The notes beneath the pieces were generated by a model. That model searched no databases and was not told the origin of the DNA. It saw nothing but the letters and a program-made list of their open reading frames with translations. DNA of 64,000 bases. It comes from the human T2T-CHM13v2.0 reference genome, Homo sapiens. Below, piece by piece: positions 1 to 13,460 of this stretch (positions are counted from its first letter, which is position 1; each line of letters starts with the position of its first letter). Where the stretch lies: the NCBI RefSeq assembly GCF_009914755.1, contig NC_060936.1. One strand, given 5' to 3'. Position numbers and translations under genes: made by a program.

Positions 1-105
1 GGAAAATAATTCCTGCCTTAGCAGATTTGAGTTGCAATTACATGAGTACCATGGCCAAACACCATGTTTAGCATATATTAGACTCTCAATAAATACTTAA
101 TCATA
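1..105 (+). mobile_element. MIR 3' fragment
   Basis: Degenerate MIR tail ending ctcaataaatactta; boundaries approximate. Confidence 0.45.
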
Positions 106-431
106 TTATTAAACCAAGATGTCTAAAGAGCCTTATTCTCTACACACTCCCACTGAATACAGTTTTATTAGAAGCAAAATAGCAGCTCACTATCCTGGAG
201 CCAACAAGAAAGAAGTTAATTCTGGAGAAATTAAAACATTTGAAACATTTAAAATGAAGGTCTCTTGTTTTTATTGTAAAAGAAACATGCTGTAAATTAC
301 AACACAGTCAGATGTACAAAGGAGATGCACCTTATTAGAAATGCAATCTCCCAAGAAGGGGTCATTTGGTGTGATGGAGAACACACAAACTCACAGTGTA
401 ATTCATTTGAGTTGACAAGCCCAAACTGGTA

Positions 432-669
432 CAGGTTGAGTATTCCGTATCTGAAATGCTTGGAACCAGAAGCATTTTGGATTTTGAAATTTTCTTTAGA
501 TTTTGGAATATTTGTACTATGCTTACCAGTTCAGCATCCCTAATTTGAAAATCCAAAACCCAAAATGCTCCAATGAGAATGTCCTTGGAGCGTAACGTGG
601 GTGCTCAAAAAGTTTCAGATTTTGGAGCATTCTGGGTTTTGGATTTTCGAATTAGGGATGCTCAACCTG
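432..669 (-). mobile_element. Tigger4a/MER46A (Zombi) MITE, complete
   Basis: Termini CAGGTTGAG...CTCAACCTG, TA dinucleotide on both sides (430-431, 670-671), internal ttttggagcatt/ggatttt repeats. Confidence 0.9.
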
Positions 670-1593
670 TATGAGTAAAAAGCTCTCTTCTATCCTCAGT
701 CTTGCTTCTTGTTTTATTTCTCTTAGATTTTTTTTCCTCTCTGTGTCAAAAAAGAAAAGCTCATGGCTTCATCAAGGAAGTGAAATTCTCATTTTCCTAG
801 ACAGTTCTTACAGAGCACGGAGTTTATTGCCCTGTAATCAAAGGACTCCACCTGGAGCTCAAACACGGGTAGATGATGTGACAAGAAGATAGAAACAGAG
901 CTGGAAGTTTGAGCTACCTTCCTTCCTACCCACACAATGAGAAGATCATCTGGATGCTCTAACAGGGCTTTGCTAACTACAGGTTCAATGTACCTAGGGG
1001 AAAAAAGAGGCAAAAACTAATCAGGGAAGATAAACCAGAAGGCTGCTAAGTTTTCATCAGTCAATGGCTAATGGACAAAAAGAGAAAAATGTCCTGAGTT
1101 GTTCATATAGTACTCAGTACAAAAGTACTCAATACAAAAAACTGACCTTTATTGTAAGATTCTGTTCTTTCTATATTTATTGTTATTAAAAATTCTCTTT
1201 GGCAATGGAACAAGAGCAATTCATGCCAGCCAGTCTTTCTTCTCCTTCCCCTACCAGCTATAAGGATCACTTTTCCCAATGTCTTTCCTTCTTTATCCAG
1301 AGAACGAGTTCTGCCTTTGTTAGATAATTGGACTAGGGTGCAGGAAGGAGCTTTCTTGATGCTGAACCAGAGGAAGGGAGGAACAGACCACTGCCACCAG
1401 AAAGAAAAGTGGGGAAAGGACTGAGAAGGTGGGAGGGTAAGCCAATCTGCATGGCAAACAGCTAGAAACACACGGGGAAGGAAGAGGGAGAAAGTTAAAG
1501 CCCTGCAGAAGGGGGTTGAGAAGATTTGGAAAGTTTGGGTGCAAAAACTTGGGGAGATAAGAAGGGAGAAAATGGGTTTTAAGAATTGGTCAT

Positions 1594-1910
<317 letters not shown>

Positions 1911-2489
1911 TCATTATGTCATTTAAAAACTAAGATGACTTTAGATGGGAAGATACTCTGTAGATGCTACTTCTTTGAAAGCAGCTTCACTTCAGAACTA
2001 AAACTTTTGAGCCACAGTTTTAATCAAGTGCCACATTTACAAACTGATAGTAATTGCAGATAGCAATTTTTAAAATGTTACCTAACTTGGCAAACAAAAG
2101 AGTTGGCAAACTTTTGTCAGCCTCCCAACCCAACGAGTTTTAGAATTGCTTTCAAATTTTACAAAGCATTGCTTTGGCACACCAAGTTGACTTTTCTCCA
2201 GGGACGATTCCTTTTATTCTGGTTATAATGGGATCTCTTCCTAGAAGAAAGCAGGAGGATAAACCACCTTCTGAGTTTAGTTAATATAAACAGTCTCTTA
2301 ATACATTTTAAAAAGCTGATTATTGACTTATAAAAGTCTACATGATCCCAGGTTTTGAAGTAATGGAAATGAACATTTAATGTTTGCAAGTAACTTCCAC
2401 AGGCCAGGCACAGGCTAAGGTACTTTGTGTGCCTTACTTAGGGAAACAGAGAAGGAGGGCATGAGACCTTCATAAAGGGGGAATTATGT

Positions 2490-2765
2490 TTGATGGAATA
2501 CAGAGGAGGCAGGAAGAGAAAGGGGTCCAGGACGACTCCTGAATTTTTGTTCTGATCTACTGAATTGACAATGGGACATTCCTTACGCTAAGGGACATTA
2601 CGGAAGAGAAAATTCGGGAAGTGGGGAAAAAATAAGTTAGATTTGAGACCTGTAGGATCCCCAGTGCCTGACAGATAGACAAGTGCCAATGTCCAGGAAG
2701 CTTTGGGATAGGTGGATTTGAAGAAAAGATACAGAATAAGAGATCTGAATTTAGACATCAACCCT
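2490..2765 (-). mobile_element. L2 fragment
   Basis: Degenerate L2 antisense motifs (caggacgactcctga, tttgagacctgtagga, gtccaggaag). Confidence 0.5.
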
Positions 2766-2924
2766 AAAGATAGTCCCAGACAAGACTTAAATTGGTATTG
2801 AGATTTACCCGACATCCCACCACCCTCTCTTCTTGTTCAAGTTTGGAAATCTTGTTCATTTTCAAGGGTTACTCCTAATCTCTTGTCATTTAACTCTCAG
2901 CGAACAATCTTTTTTTAAAGAAAA

Positions 2925-3900
2925 ACTTTTAGATACAGGGGGTACATGTATTTCATTATTTTTATTTTTGAGACAGGGTCTCACTTTGTCACCCAGGTTG
3001 GAGTGCAGTGGCACAATCTCGGCTCACTGTAGCCTTTACCTCCCAGATTCAAGTGATCCTCCCACCTCAGCCCCCCAAGCAGCTGGGACTACAGGTATGT
3101 GCCACCACAACCGGCTAATTTTTGTATTTTTTGTAGAAACAGGGTTTTGCCATGTTACCCAGGCTGGTCTCAAACTCCTGAGCTAAAGTGATTCACCCTG
3201 CTCAGCCTCCCAAAGTGCTAGGATTACAGGCATGAGCCAGGTACATGTATTTTAGATACAAGTTGTACATGTGCAGGTTTGTTACATGGGAATATTGCAT
3301 CATGCTGAGGATTGGGGTATGGATCCTGTCACCCAGGTAGGGAGAACACTATCTGATACATGGTTTTTCAACCAACGCCCCCCTCCTTAGCTTCCTCATC
3401 CATCTAGTAGTCTGCAATGTCTCTTGTTCCCATGTTTATGTCCATGGGTGCTCAATGTTTAGCTCCCACTTGTAAGTGAGAACATGCGGTATTTGGTTTT
3501 CTATTCCTCACTTAATTTGCTTAGGATTATGACCTCTAGCTCCATCCATGTTGCTGCAAAGAACATGATTTTGTTCTTTTCATGGCTGTGTAGTATTCTG
3601 TGGTATATGTGTGTCACATTTTCTTTATCTAACTTACCATTGATGGGCACCTGGGTTGAGTCCACGGCTTTATTATTGTGAACAGTGCTGCGATAAACAT
3701 ATGAGCGCAGGTGTCTTTTTGGTAGAATGATTTATTTTCTTTTGGGTATATACCCAGTAATGGAATTGCTGGGTCAAATGGTAGCTCTGTTTTAGGTTCT
3801 ATGGGAAATCTCCAGACTGCTTTCCATAGTGGCTGGACTAATTTACATTCCCACCAACAGCGTATAAGGTCTCCCTTTTATCCACAGCCTTGCTAGCATC
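2925..3900 (-). mobile_element. L1 3' end (L1PA15/16-like), 5'-truncated, interrupted by Alu
   Basis: gtacatgtgcaggtttgttacatggg...gtgagaacatgcggtatttggttttct...tttgggtatatacccagtaatgg, the antisense of L1 3'UTR and ORF2 end. Confidence 0.9.
2954..3239 (-). mobile_element. AluJ, slightly 5'-truncated, inside L1
   Basis: Antisense Alu with 13-bp TSD GGTACATGTATTT (2941-2953, 3240-3252). Confidence 0.92.
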
Positions 3901-4187
3901 TTTTTTTATAATGGAGTCTCACTCTGTTGCCCAGGTTGGAGTGCAGTGGCACGATCTTGGCTCACTGCAAGTCCGCCTCCCGGGTTCACGCCATTCTCTC
4001 GCCTCAGCCTCCAGAGTAGCTGGGACTACAGGCACCCGCCACCACGCCCGGCTAATAGTTTGTATTTTTAGTAGAGACAGAGTTTCACCATGTTAGCCAG
4101 GATTGTCTCAATCTTCTGACCCCGTAATCCACCCACCTTGGCCTCCCAAAGTGCTGGGATTACAGGCGTGAGCCACTGCGCCTGGCT
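3901..4187 (-). mobile_element. AluY
   Basis: AluY diagnostics (ctgcaag.tccgcctcccgggttcacgccattct; tgttagccaggat); imperfect TSD ctagcatctt/ctagtatctt. Confidence 0.93.
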
Positions 4188-4355
4188 ACTAGTATCTTAA
4201 TAATAATAGTTATAACCAATGTCTCTACAGGAACCATGGTTTTTAAAGCAGCTTTACCTTCCAGATCCCATTTTCTATAAGATTATTTGGGTTGAAAATG
4301 ACAGAGAGTCAATTCATAACCAATTCATTAAACAAACATGGAATGCCTTGGGTGG

Positions 4356-4562
4356 TGTGTCTGTTCAGGTCCTCCAGGAAGCAGAAGCCAAAATACAATT
4401 AGACAGTCAAGAGACTTATTGGAGGAGTTGTCTGTGAAGAATAAAGGAAGCAGGAGGAGGCTGGGAGAGCATTTTGACTATGACCCAGGTCTGACACCTG
4501 GGAAAGGAGACAGGGACAAAAGGAGGATTGGAAAGAAGAAGCCTCAGACTATAGCGCAGATT

Positions 4563-4593
<31 letters not shown>

Positions 4594-4843
4594 CAGTAAA
4601 GCCAATAGGAAGCCCAAGGGCAAAGACCTCTTACCCCATTAGATGAGTCCCACTTTGGAGCGAAATAATCCTGCTCTAGAAGCTGTACCATGCTCAGTCA
4701 TTGGCTGGGCTGAGAGCAGCCCAGGGAGAATGTGGCTTCAAAGTGAACATCTGGCAGATCTAAAGCTACAGCTGTTGGAGATGTCCACTAGGCTGCTACT
4801 CACAGCAGAGAGAACTGAGCAGCACATGTTCATGAGTGCCCCA
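4356..4843 (-). mobile_element. ERVL LTR (LTR40-like), apparently solo
   Basis: caggtctgacacctg...gaggattgg...gcctcagact...tgctcagtcattggctggg matches antisense LTR40; carries a 27-nt A run at 4563-4589. Confidence 0.75.
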
Positions 4844-4987
4844 AGTAGCTGAGGCAGTCACAGCTGAATCCAAAGTTCACCTTAGAATAAATCATTAGAT
4901 TTTCCTCCCGTCCCACCCCATCTCTCATATCTTCTTTCCTGCACAACTGCTTAATATTTCTTCTGGGCTCAATTAATAATAATAATA

Positions 4988-5096
4988 ATTTGTTGATGGA
5001 TAAGTGTCTCTTTATGGAAACTCAGCCATATGAGCTCATCAGCATTCAAGATTTAGATCCTGGTGAATTCTATGACATTTCCTGCCACCCCTTTCA
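4988..5096 (+). repeat. Dispersed direct repeat, copy 1 (partner 8910-9020)
   Basis: Direct comparison: 5 substitutions and one 2-bp indel over ~110 bp. Confidence 0.95.
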
Positions 5097-5101
5097 TATA
5101 A

Positions 5102-5445
<344 letters not shown>

Positions 5446-5688
5446 GAAGCTCATCATTTCTAAAGGAAATAACTCCACTCCTTCCCACCATCCATCCTGA
5501 TCTCAGCAAAGGATTCACATGTTCACCCCTGAACCAATCCATCACCTGGAAGGGGACAGGGATGCTCTGGGTAGAAAGGTTGAATAGGAGAAAAAGGGTC
5601 CCCTGATTTAAAGTCCCACCTCCAGAATGACATGGAGCAGAAAAGGGCAGTCCAAAGGGCAGGACAGCCAATAACAGTAACAGATGTT

Positions 5689-6007
5689 GCCTGGCCCCCG
5701 TGCCACACAACTATAGTCCCAGCTACTCAGGAGGATGAGCAGGAGGATTGCTTGAGCCCAGAAGTTCCGGGTTGTCATGCACTATGCTGATGGTGTGTTT
5801 GTACTAAGTTCAGCATCAATATGGTGACCTCCTGGGAGTGGGGGACCACCAGGTTTCCTAAGGAGGAGTGAACCAGCCAGGCTGGAAACGGAGCAGGTCA
5901 GACCTCCTGTGCTGATCAGTACTGGATTGCACCTGTGAATAGCCACTGCATTCCAGCCTGGGTAACACAGCAAGACCCCATCTCAATAAAAAATAAAAAT
6001 TAAAAAT
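5689..6007 (+). pseudogene. 7SL (SRP RNA) processed pseudogene, full length (RN7SL-type retrocopy)
   Basis: Alu domain plus the 7SL-specific S domain (ctaagttcagcatcaatatggtgacctcctgggagtgggggaccaccagg...ggaaacggagcaggtca); A-rich tail; 10-bp TSD TAACAGATGT (5678-5687, 6008-6017). Confidence 0.95.
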
Positions 6008-6383
6008 TAACAGATGTCCACTATCACCCTCAAGACAAGCTGGAAAAGAGGGAGATTCTTCTGCTGGGAAGAGAACTCACAGATCAGGCTAGGTGAGCAT
6101 CATTTTATTTTATGGACCACCAGTTGAAGGTTATTTTGACCCAAAGTCCTAAGGTTGGATTTTGTCAAGCACTGGGTTAGATAAAAGGGGGGAAAATTAT
6201 CAAAATAAAACTGATTATATTTATTTTTAGAACAATAAATAGATACCAGTGAGAAATGTTAGGAAGGGAGGGGAATCCCAAAATTAAACTTCAACAGTAG
6301 TAAGTACTATTGACAAATGATATATTTTCCAAATGAAAGACATGAACTATGGAATTCTCATCCCGGGTCTGCTACCTTTGAAT

Positions 6384-6754
6384 TGCATGTTTCAGCTTGA
6401 GGCTTCTACAACGTAATACCATAGACTGGGTGGCTTCTAAACAACATAAATTTATTTCTCACCGTTCCAGAGGCTGGGAAATCCAAATAAAAATGCCAGC
6501 AGATTTGCTGCCTGGCGAGAGGGCCTGCTTTCTGGTTCATAAATGGCCATCTTCTCACTGTGTCCTCACATGGTAGAAAAAACTGGCGAGAGAACTCTCT
6601 GGGGTCTCCTAGAAGAGCACTAATCCTATTTATGGGAGCTCTACCCTCATGACCTAATCACCTCCTGAAGGCCCCACCTCCTAATACTATCACATTTGGG
6701 GCTAAGACCCCAACATATGAATTTGGAGGGAACACAGACATTCAGTCTACAGCA
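6384..6754 (-). mobile_element. MaLR solo LTR (MLT1A/MLT1A0-like), splitting a MIR
   Basis: taccatagactgggtggctt...tttatttctcac...ctgtgtcctcacatgg...acacagacattcagtc; MIR-like sequence on both flanks (to ~6910). Confidence 0.85.
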
Positions 6755-6994
6755 CTGAACAACCCTGAGCGTTAACCTCCTTGCTTTCTTATATCAAAAT
6801 AAATGAGGGAGGAAGGGAGAATCTATTTATAGTAAGATCATTATAAGAATTCTTTGAGATCATAAGTTAAGCACCCAGCACAGTGCCTGAAACTTAGTGC
6901 TGAATATATTTGTGTCTAATATTATTAAACTTGAAAGATTCCATGCACTTCAGCTACCATTGGCTTCCAGCTCTCTAATACCAGTCAGCCATGC

Positions 6995-7026
<32 letters not shown>

Positions 7027-7219
7027 CCCTTTGCTTCATAATCCAATAATCCCATGGAGCCCTAAGAAGGGAAGGAAAGTGTTCCAAGCCCAACGGGCTA
7101 TTTTTGGAGATGAAACATCATCCCATTATTTGCAGAAGAAGAAAAGGGAATGGGTCAGAGAGTGGTTCTTCATGTTATCCTATGCCTACAGTTAATTGTG
7201 CCTGGGGGAAGGTTCCATT

Positions 7220-7260
7220 AGAGAGCGAGAGCGAGCAAGCAAGAGAGAGAGAGAGAGAGA
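7220..7260. repeat. (GA)n/(GAGC)n microsatellite
   Basis: Directly visible. Confidence 0.85.
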
Positions 7261-8167
7261 TGTTTCAACATCCTAGAATACAAAGCACCTTTACAATTGT
7301 CCTTGATTTATTGCATCTCTGAGGCTGTCTTTTAGCTCCAACCACAGTCTGTTTTGGGTCCGCCCAAGTTTCTGCTCATGTAGATACAAGGGCCTGGCAC
7401 AGGCCTGGAGAGGAGAAAGGGCCCAGAAATTCTCATGTGCCCTCCTCTTAGGCTGGCCCCTTCTTGAGGCCATGAGGACACTCCAAGTTTCTTGAGAGTC
7501 CTTCCTATCAGGCTTTGTTTATCTTTTAGAGGCTCATCTGGCCAATCTAGATAATTCAGAGATTTCAAAAAAGGATGCAGGTATAAAAAAGGGCTCTTCT
7601 TTGGAGATCTTGGTTTGCAGGAATGTTGGCTGCCAGAAGGTGGTGAGATACTGGCTTTCTCTTTGGTGAGATGAAATAAAGCAAATGGCAAAGGAGAAAG
7701 TGTTCCCTGAATAAATATTGATGGGAGGAATGAACTTTTAACTTTAGCAGGTGGGTAGTGAGTGCTGTGCCTAAGCTTCCCATGTGGAACCTACACAGGG
7801 AGGGGCCTGGCATGCTCAGTCCAACTTCTTCATGGTCATCTTCAGTGAAATGAGAAGTTGGCATGGCTTTTGAAAAGAGCTTAGGTCAGGACCACACTCT
7901 CTAAGCTTGTACCATGAAAACACACAACTAGAATGCTAGTATTGGGTGATTATTGTGTGTTAGACTATGTACCTCATTCAAATTAAACTTGCTAGGAGAA
8001 AATTACAGAATGCTTCTGTCACTCCATGAGTGCAACAGTATCAAAGTACTCATTGTGCATTGTAAGAGTAATCAAAGTAGCCCCAAACAGCAATGCTAAG
8101 AAGGCAGTAGTATTATCATGATTACCATTTTCTAAATAAAAGTGAAGTTCTAATAAAAAGAAGGAAA

Positions 8168-8631
8168 ATGACCCATCGACTCCACTCCTAGCTATGTACC
8201 CAACAGAAGGACTGCATATGCTGCAAACGTATGAGAATGAGAATGTTTATAGCCTCTTTATTCAAACTAACCACTCAGAATGGTACAAACACCTATCAAA
8301 AGGAGAATGGATTGTATTAATGGGCTAATGGATTGTGGTGTATTCGTGCAAAAATACTATGTCAAGATAAGAAATGAACTATTGCTATACACAACATGGA
8401 TGAATCTCACAAATTACTAGGTTGAGTGAAAGAAGCCAGACACAAAAGGGTATATTCTGCATGATTCCATTTATGTGAATTTCAAGGACAGGCAAAACTA
8501 GTCAATAGAAGATAGAAGTCAAGGTAGTGATTACCTCTTGCTGTGGGTATATATACACTAGGAAGCAACATGAGGGAACATTATGGGGTACCATAGCTTA
8601 ATCTAGTTGATGGTGATATAGACACACACAC

Positions 8632-8677
<46 letters not shown>

Positions 8678-8740
8678 ACAATCACCTAACATTAATGCAC
8701 TTTACTTTTTGTGTTTCACCTGAATAAATTAGCAAGGAAC
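8168..8740 (+). mobile_element. Old L1 3' fragment (L1ME/L1MD-like) inserted in a MIR
   Basis: ccactcctagctatgtaccc, atggatgaatctcac, aagaagccagacacaaaag, atgattccatttat; antisense MIR halves at ~8120-8150 and ~8775-8850. Confidence 0.8.
8622..8679. repeat. (CA)n/(CATA)n microsatellite
   Basis: Directly visible. Confidence 0.95.
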
Positions 8741-8909
8741 AAAAGAAAGAAGGAAGGTGGGAGGGAAGGAGCAAAGAAACTTGCACAAAGTCTTCCAGCT
8801 AGCAAATGGCAGAAATGAAATGTGATCCCAGGTCTGCCTGGGTTTGCAGAACACTAACTACTGGGATATACCATATACCAGCTGGGTTTATGTTGACTAT
8901 TGAATAAAC

Positions 8910-9020
8910 ATTTGTTGATGGATGAGTGTCTCTTTATGGAAACTCAGCCACATGAGCTCACCAGCATTCAAGATTTAGATCCTGGTGAATTCTCTATGAC
9001 CTTTCCTGCCGCCCCTTTCA
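8910..9020 (+). repeat. Dispersed direct repeat, copy 2 (partner 4988-5096)
   Basis: Direct comparison; begins in an L2-tail-like tgaataaacatttgttgatggatg. Confidence 0.95.
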
Positions 9021-9559
9021 ATATCTTTCATGGTTCTTAGTGGGGAAAATGTAGCTACAGCAAGGATATAATGAGCTGTTACTGCAAGCTGAAGTTCCGT
9101 GGTGAATCTGGCCTCTTGTTCTTAGGCCATCATCAAGGGAATGTGGACAAGAAGAACAGAGACAGGTATTGATCCTTGTTCATTATTTAAACGCATATGG
9201 CGGCAGGGAGCTTTGCTCAATAAAACCCTGACAGAGACGCCTCAGGCCTGAGTGATGACCCTAACAACATCCATGGGTGCCTTACGGGGCCTGAGACTCA
9301 GTTTCCCCAACTAAAAAGAAAGAGTATTGATTGGCCCATCTGGTCAATCCAGATGGCTTCAGGGACTATTTTGTTTACTCTTACAATGTGCAATGAGTGC
9401 TTTGATATTTTTGTACTCGTGGAATGGGGGAAGCAGTCTGTAATTGTCTCCTACTAAGATTAATTTTAAAAACAGTATCTAAAATATTACAAATTTTTTA
9501 AATTTTCAGGTTGTTCAGAGTGGTTAGACATCTCAAACCTGGCAAGACAGACTTTTGTT

Positions 9560-9750
9560 TTCACACTCAGCCACTGCTTGCCAACACTGTGAGCTTGGGA
9601 AAATGGCCTTACCTCTCTGAGCCTCAGTTTCCACTTCTAAAACTGGAGATTGGATTCATATATACCTCATAGGGCTGTTGCAAGTATTAGATGAGTTAGA
9701 ATGATTAACACAGTGCCCGATACAGGCTACTCTTTCAATAAATATGCTAT
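9560..9750 (+). mobile_element. MIR
   Basis: Core ctctctgagcctcagtttcc...aaaactgg...acctcatagggctgttg. Confidence 0.8.
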
Positions 9751-10279
9751 TCTAATATCAATAATTATGATAATGATTAATGATGATCAGAACAACTAGT
9801 ATTATATACCCTGGAGTCACTATTTAGCAGTAATCAAACTAAGTAGCATTTTCAACTAGCATTTCAACCCTAACAATGACTTCTGACAAATCACCCAGTC
9901 TTTCCCATTCTTCATTTTCCCACCTAGTCTCTAGGACTAGATGACCTATAAAGGCTCTTTTAACTCTAAAACTGGGATTCTGTAAAGTAAGGTCTTGAGG
10001 ATACTTCATCTGTGTGCCCAAATTTGGAGCTGTGGCTTTGCAGAGCGGGCTTCTGGAGTCTCATTTCTATGAGGACTCTATAGATTGGGAGAGGGGAGTT
10101 GGTAAAGAGAATTCCTTCCGTGACTGATAAAGAAGCCCTGGGACTCTGGAAAAATCTTTTCACCAAAGTTTTCCCCCTAACACTTATGGTAATTACACAA
10201 GTGGGCAATGTGCTCTCAGAAGTTGAGGCCACTCATTCATTCATTCCATATGCATTTGAGGTGTCTCTCAAGCCAGTGA

Positions 10280-12627
10280 GGCTGTACATGTCCATTTTCA
10301 GTTATAATGAGGCAAGGGAGTAGCAGGAAGCTCCAGGCGGATCGCCTGAGTTCCACACACCTGAGCTCTGCACATTGAGTTTCCTGCCCCCATTGTGTAA
10401 ACAAAACCCTACCTTCTTCTACAGATTAGGGTCAATAATTCCTCTTTGTGTGATGATTCCTTACTGGCTCATTTCTGGACCTAGGAAATCCAAAGCACCC
10501 TGGCTACATCTGTAGCCTGTTGTTCAATGTGACATTTGTTCTGCCCCTAAAAGTGTGTCCCCTTGGGCACCAGGACTTCCAACCTGGAAGAACCCAGAGT
10601 AGAGGGAGCAGGAAACACAAAACACCCCCAACAGGTCACTAGGAATGATACTAAGTGAGGCCATTCCTGCTTCCACTCCCTGGATACTGGACACATAGTT
10701 TTTTCTGTTGAGGACACAGCACCATGTAGCGGTCTCCGATCTAATGCATACCCCGTATCCTGAAAGGGGGCTCCCATCCATCCACAGTGTTGCATCCAAG
10801 TTGGTGTTTCAGCTACATCTTTAGAGGGCTGTTTCAGAACTCTATGAAGCTAGCTTTTTCTAGAGTGTGCGGTATGTTTTACAACTAAGAGTTATAAATT
10901 TGTGTCCACTAGTCACATGCTCTGTTGCACGGAATTCCATGCGTATAGATTGGGCATTCTACAAGCACCCAGATAATGGTGTTGGCTGAAGATCTATGGG
11001 CAGGAAAAGCAAACCCATACCTGCATTCAGTGTCTATCCTGATGAACTGCTGCTCCTTCCAGGATAAAAAAGGGCCTAATATAATCAACTTTCCACCAAG
11101 TTGCTGACTTTTCTCCTCAAGGAACAGTGCCATACAGGGCTCAGTGTTGGTCTCTGTTGCTCACCCATTGGACATTCAGAGGCAGCACTAGATCAGCCAT
11201 GAGAAAGAGTCCATTTTATTGGGTTTCTATGAATGCCAACTGACCAAGTCTTTTTGTCTACTTGTGTTTTCAGTACTTTTGTATGCTTTCTATCATATGT
11301 ATTTATATGTGTACAAACATCTTCACACATTATACCGACTCCCTTAGTTCTATCCACATGCTTATAGCCGAGACCTCCTTGCCTTTGAACTTTCAGCCAT
11401 TTTCCCAGGCCCTTGACCAGGCAGCCAGGCCATTAGCTATTGCCCAGGAATCTATACATATTCTCACCTCAACTCACTTTTCCTTCTATATAAAATAAAT
11501 AATAGTGTTCACCTGTCACAACTGCCAATCAGGAATATTTTCCCTATTCACTTCTCGTTCAAAGCAGCCCCTGAATGTGGCTGTGATGCTGCACTACACA
11601 TTTCCAGCTTACACCTGCATACGAAGTTTACTCATCCATAACCAAGTTTGCGGCCAGATTGTGCTGACATTTAACCCTAGGCATTGGCCTGGCAGCCAGA
11701 AGAGAAGGTGGGTGAAGCTCCCAAGAGGGTGGCATATGTTACCCTAGCAATAGTGTGTCATTGCCATTCAAAGACCCCGCACCATCCACCAAATGTGACA
11801 AGAATATCCGAGCCTCACACATCCCTATTGTGGCCGAGAAGATGAAATGAGGATTCTTCCTGTTCACAGCTTACAGCTTCATTCCTCTTTTGAATGTTGT
11901 GGGAAGAAGATGATGGTTCCTAGATATAAGGGCAAGATCTCTGCAGCATCTCCTAGGGGAGAATTTCAGGCATTTACTAGAAGGGATAGTCCAACTCTTC
12001 AAGCTCTGGAGGTTCATGGAAGTCTCGAGAGCCAAAATATTCATGGGAATTCATCTAGATGTCCCTATACCATATGTCAGAATCTGATATTTTTCCACCC
12101 GGGACCCAGATCTTATAACAGATCAGCCATGGCTAAGCATTTAAACCTTTCTGGAGCTCTGTGACTATCAGGTCCTGAATCTACTTTTCAGCTGTGTTCA
12201 CTCTCTCATTTCAGGTAATAAGATCTTTGTAAGGTATCAAAAAAGCCTCTTTGGCTCTCACGCTTACCCTTTAATTTCTTGATATTGGCCATCAGATTCT
12301 CATTATTCCTCTGTAAGGCATCAGTATAACTCAGCAATAACCAGCCAACTCCACTGTCTTTAAATGCATTGCTTCCTTCCCCCTGTGTCTTTCAAATATC
12401 TGAACCACTATACCTGCAAGTTTGTTCTCCTCCAACAGGGTATTTTTCTGGGTCACCATCAGTTATATCTTCAGCAATTAGGCTTCCACCTCACATCAGG
12501 GACTATCAGTGACAACATCTTGGATCGCTTGGGATGGAGTCTTCTTTGCCTGTTGCTCTGTGAGTGGGCCAGTCCCAAATCCTCAAAATCTTACCCTCTG
12601 CTTTCTTGGATCCCTCTTGGTAACACC
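10280..12627 (-). mobile_element. ERVL internal region remnant (gag leader, RNase H, integrase, dUTPase-like region), heavily deleted and decayed
   Basis: Contiguous with the LTR40-like element at 12628; contains the integrase-like ORF 10909-11133. Confidence 0.85.
10909..11133 (-). pseudogene. Decayed ERVL pol integrase core fragment
   Basis: Translation GPFLSWKEQQF-IRIDTECRYGFAFPAHRSSANTIIWVLVECPIYTHGIPCNRACD parallels ERVL integrase GPLPSWKGQRFVLTGIDTYSGYGFAFPA..ASAKTTI.GLTECLIH.HGIP.SIASD; frameshifted upstream and stops after the motif. Confidence 0.85.
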
Positions 12628-13081
12628 TGGGTTAGTTTGGATACTCTAAAAAGCAGACGCTAAGACAAGATTACACCTGCAAGAGATTTACTGGGGGTAA
12701 TACCTGGGAAAGATGAAGAGGAGGAAGCAGGAATAAGCAGGAAGAGCCATCAGACCATGATGAAGATCCAACACCCACAGAAAGAGATAGTAAAGGAAGG
12801 AGTATTAGGTGGGAAGAACCTTGGACTGTAGCTTAGTTCTAAAAATCTTTTAGCCAGGCCAGTGAGAGAAGTCCTTAAGCCAAAAGTTCCCTCTTAAAGA
12901 AGTTCCACATCCTCTGGAAAGGAACCTGCATCAGCACCCCTAAATAACTCAGTTACTGGCTGGGGAAGCATCGACTCTTTGCAAATCTGGTAGTGCATCC
13001 AGGAGGAAGGCAGCTGGGACTATCAATCAACAAAGTGTCTCATTACAGGAGATCTGAGTGGCACATTTTCATGGTCACCAG
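12628..13081 (-). mobile_element. LTR40-like 5' LTR of the ERVL remnant
   Basis: aagcagacgctaagacaagatta...aagagattta.tggggg...cagaccatgatg...gatctgagtggcac; same family as 4356-4843. Confidence 0.78.
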
Positions 13082-13369
13082 ACTGATAAACTCCAACTGA
13101 CCTGAAATACCTACCATGTGTGCAAAAATGTGCTAGACACTGAAACCACAATGGTCATTAAGGTAGACATGGTTTATGTTCACAAAATCAAATGGAAAAC
13201 ATTAACATATGTGTAACATATGAAAATTATGTCACAAATATAACAAACTGTTATATATTAATGCATTAAATGTAAATATATTACCCTGAGATAACATATC
13301 ATATGTACCTATATTAAAATATAATTTCCAGCCAAAATAACTGTTCAAAAAGAGCACAATATCATCTAT

Positions 13370-13460
13370 GTTAGTACATTCTATGATGTTCACACAATGA
13401 CAAAATCACCTAACAATGCATTTATCAGAAAGTATCCCCATTGTTAAGTGACACATTACT
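13370..13460 (+). mobile_element. Tigger3 (MER7) terminal fragment
   Basis: tctatgatgttcacacaatgacaaaatcacctaacaatgcattt...tatccccattgttaagtgacac..actg followed by TA. Confidence 0.8.
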
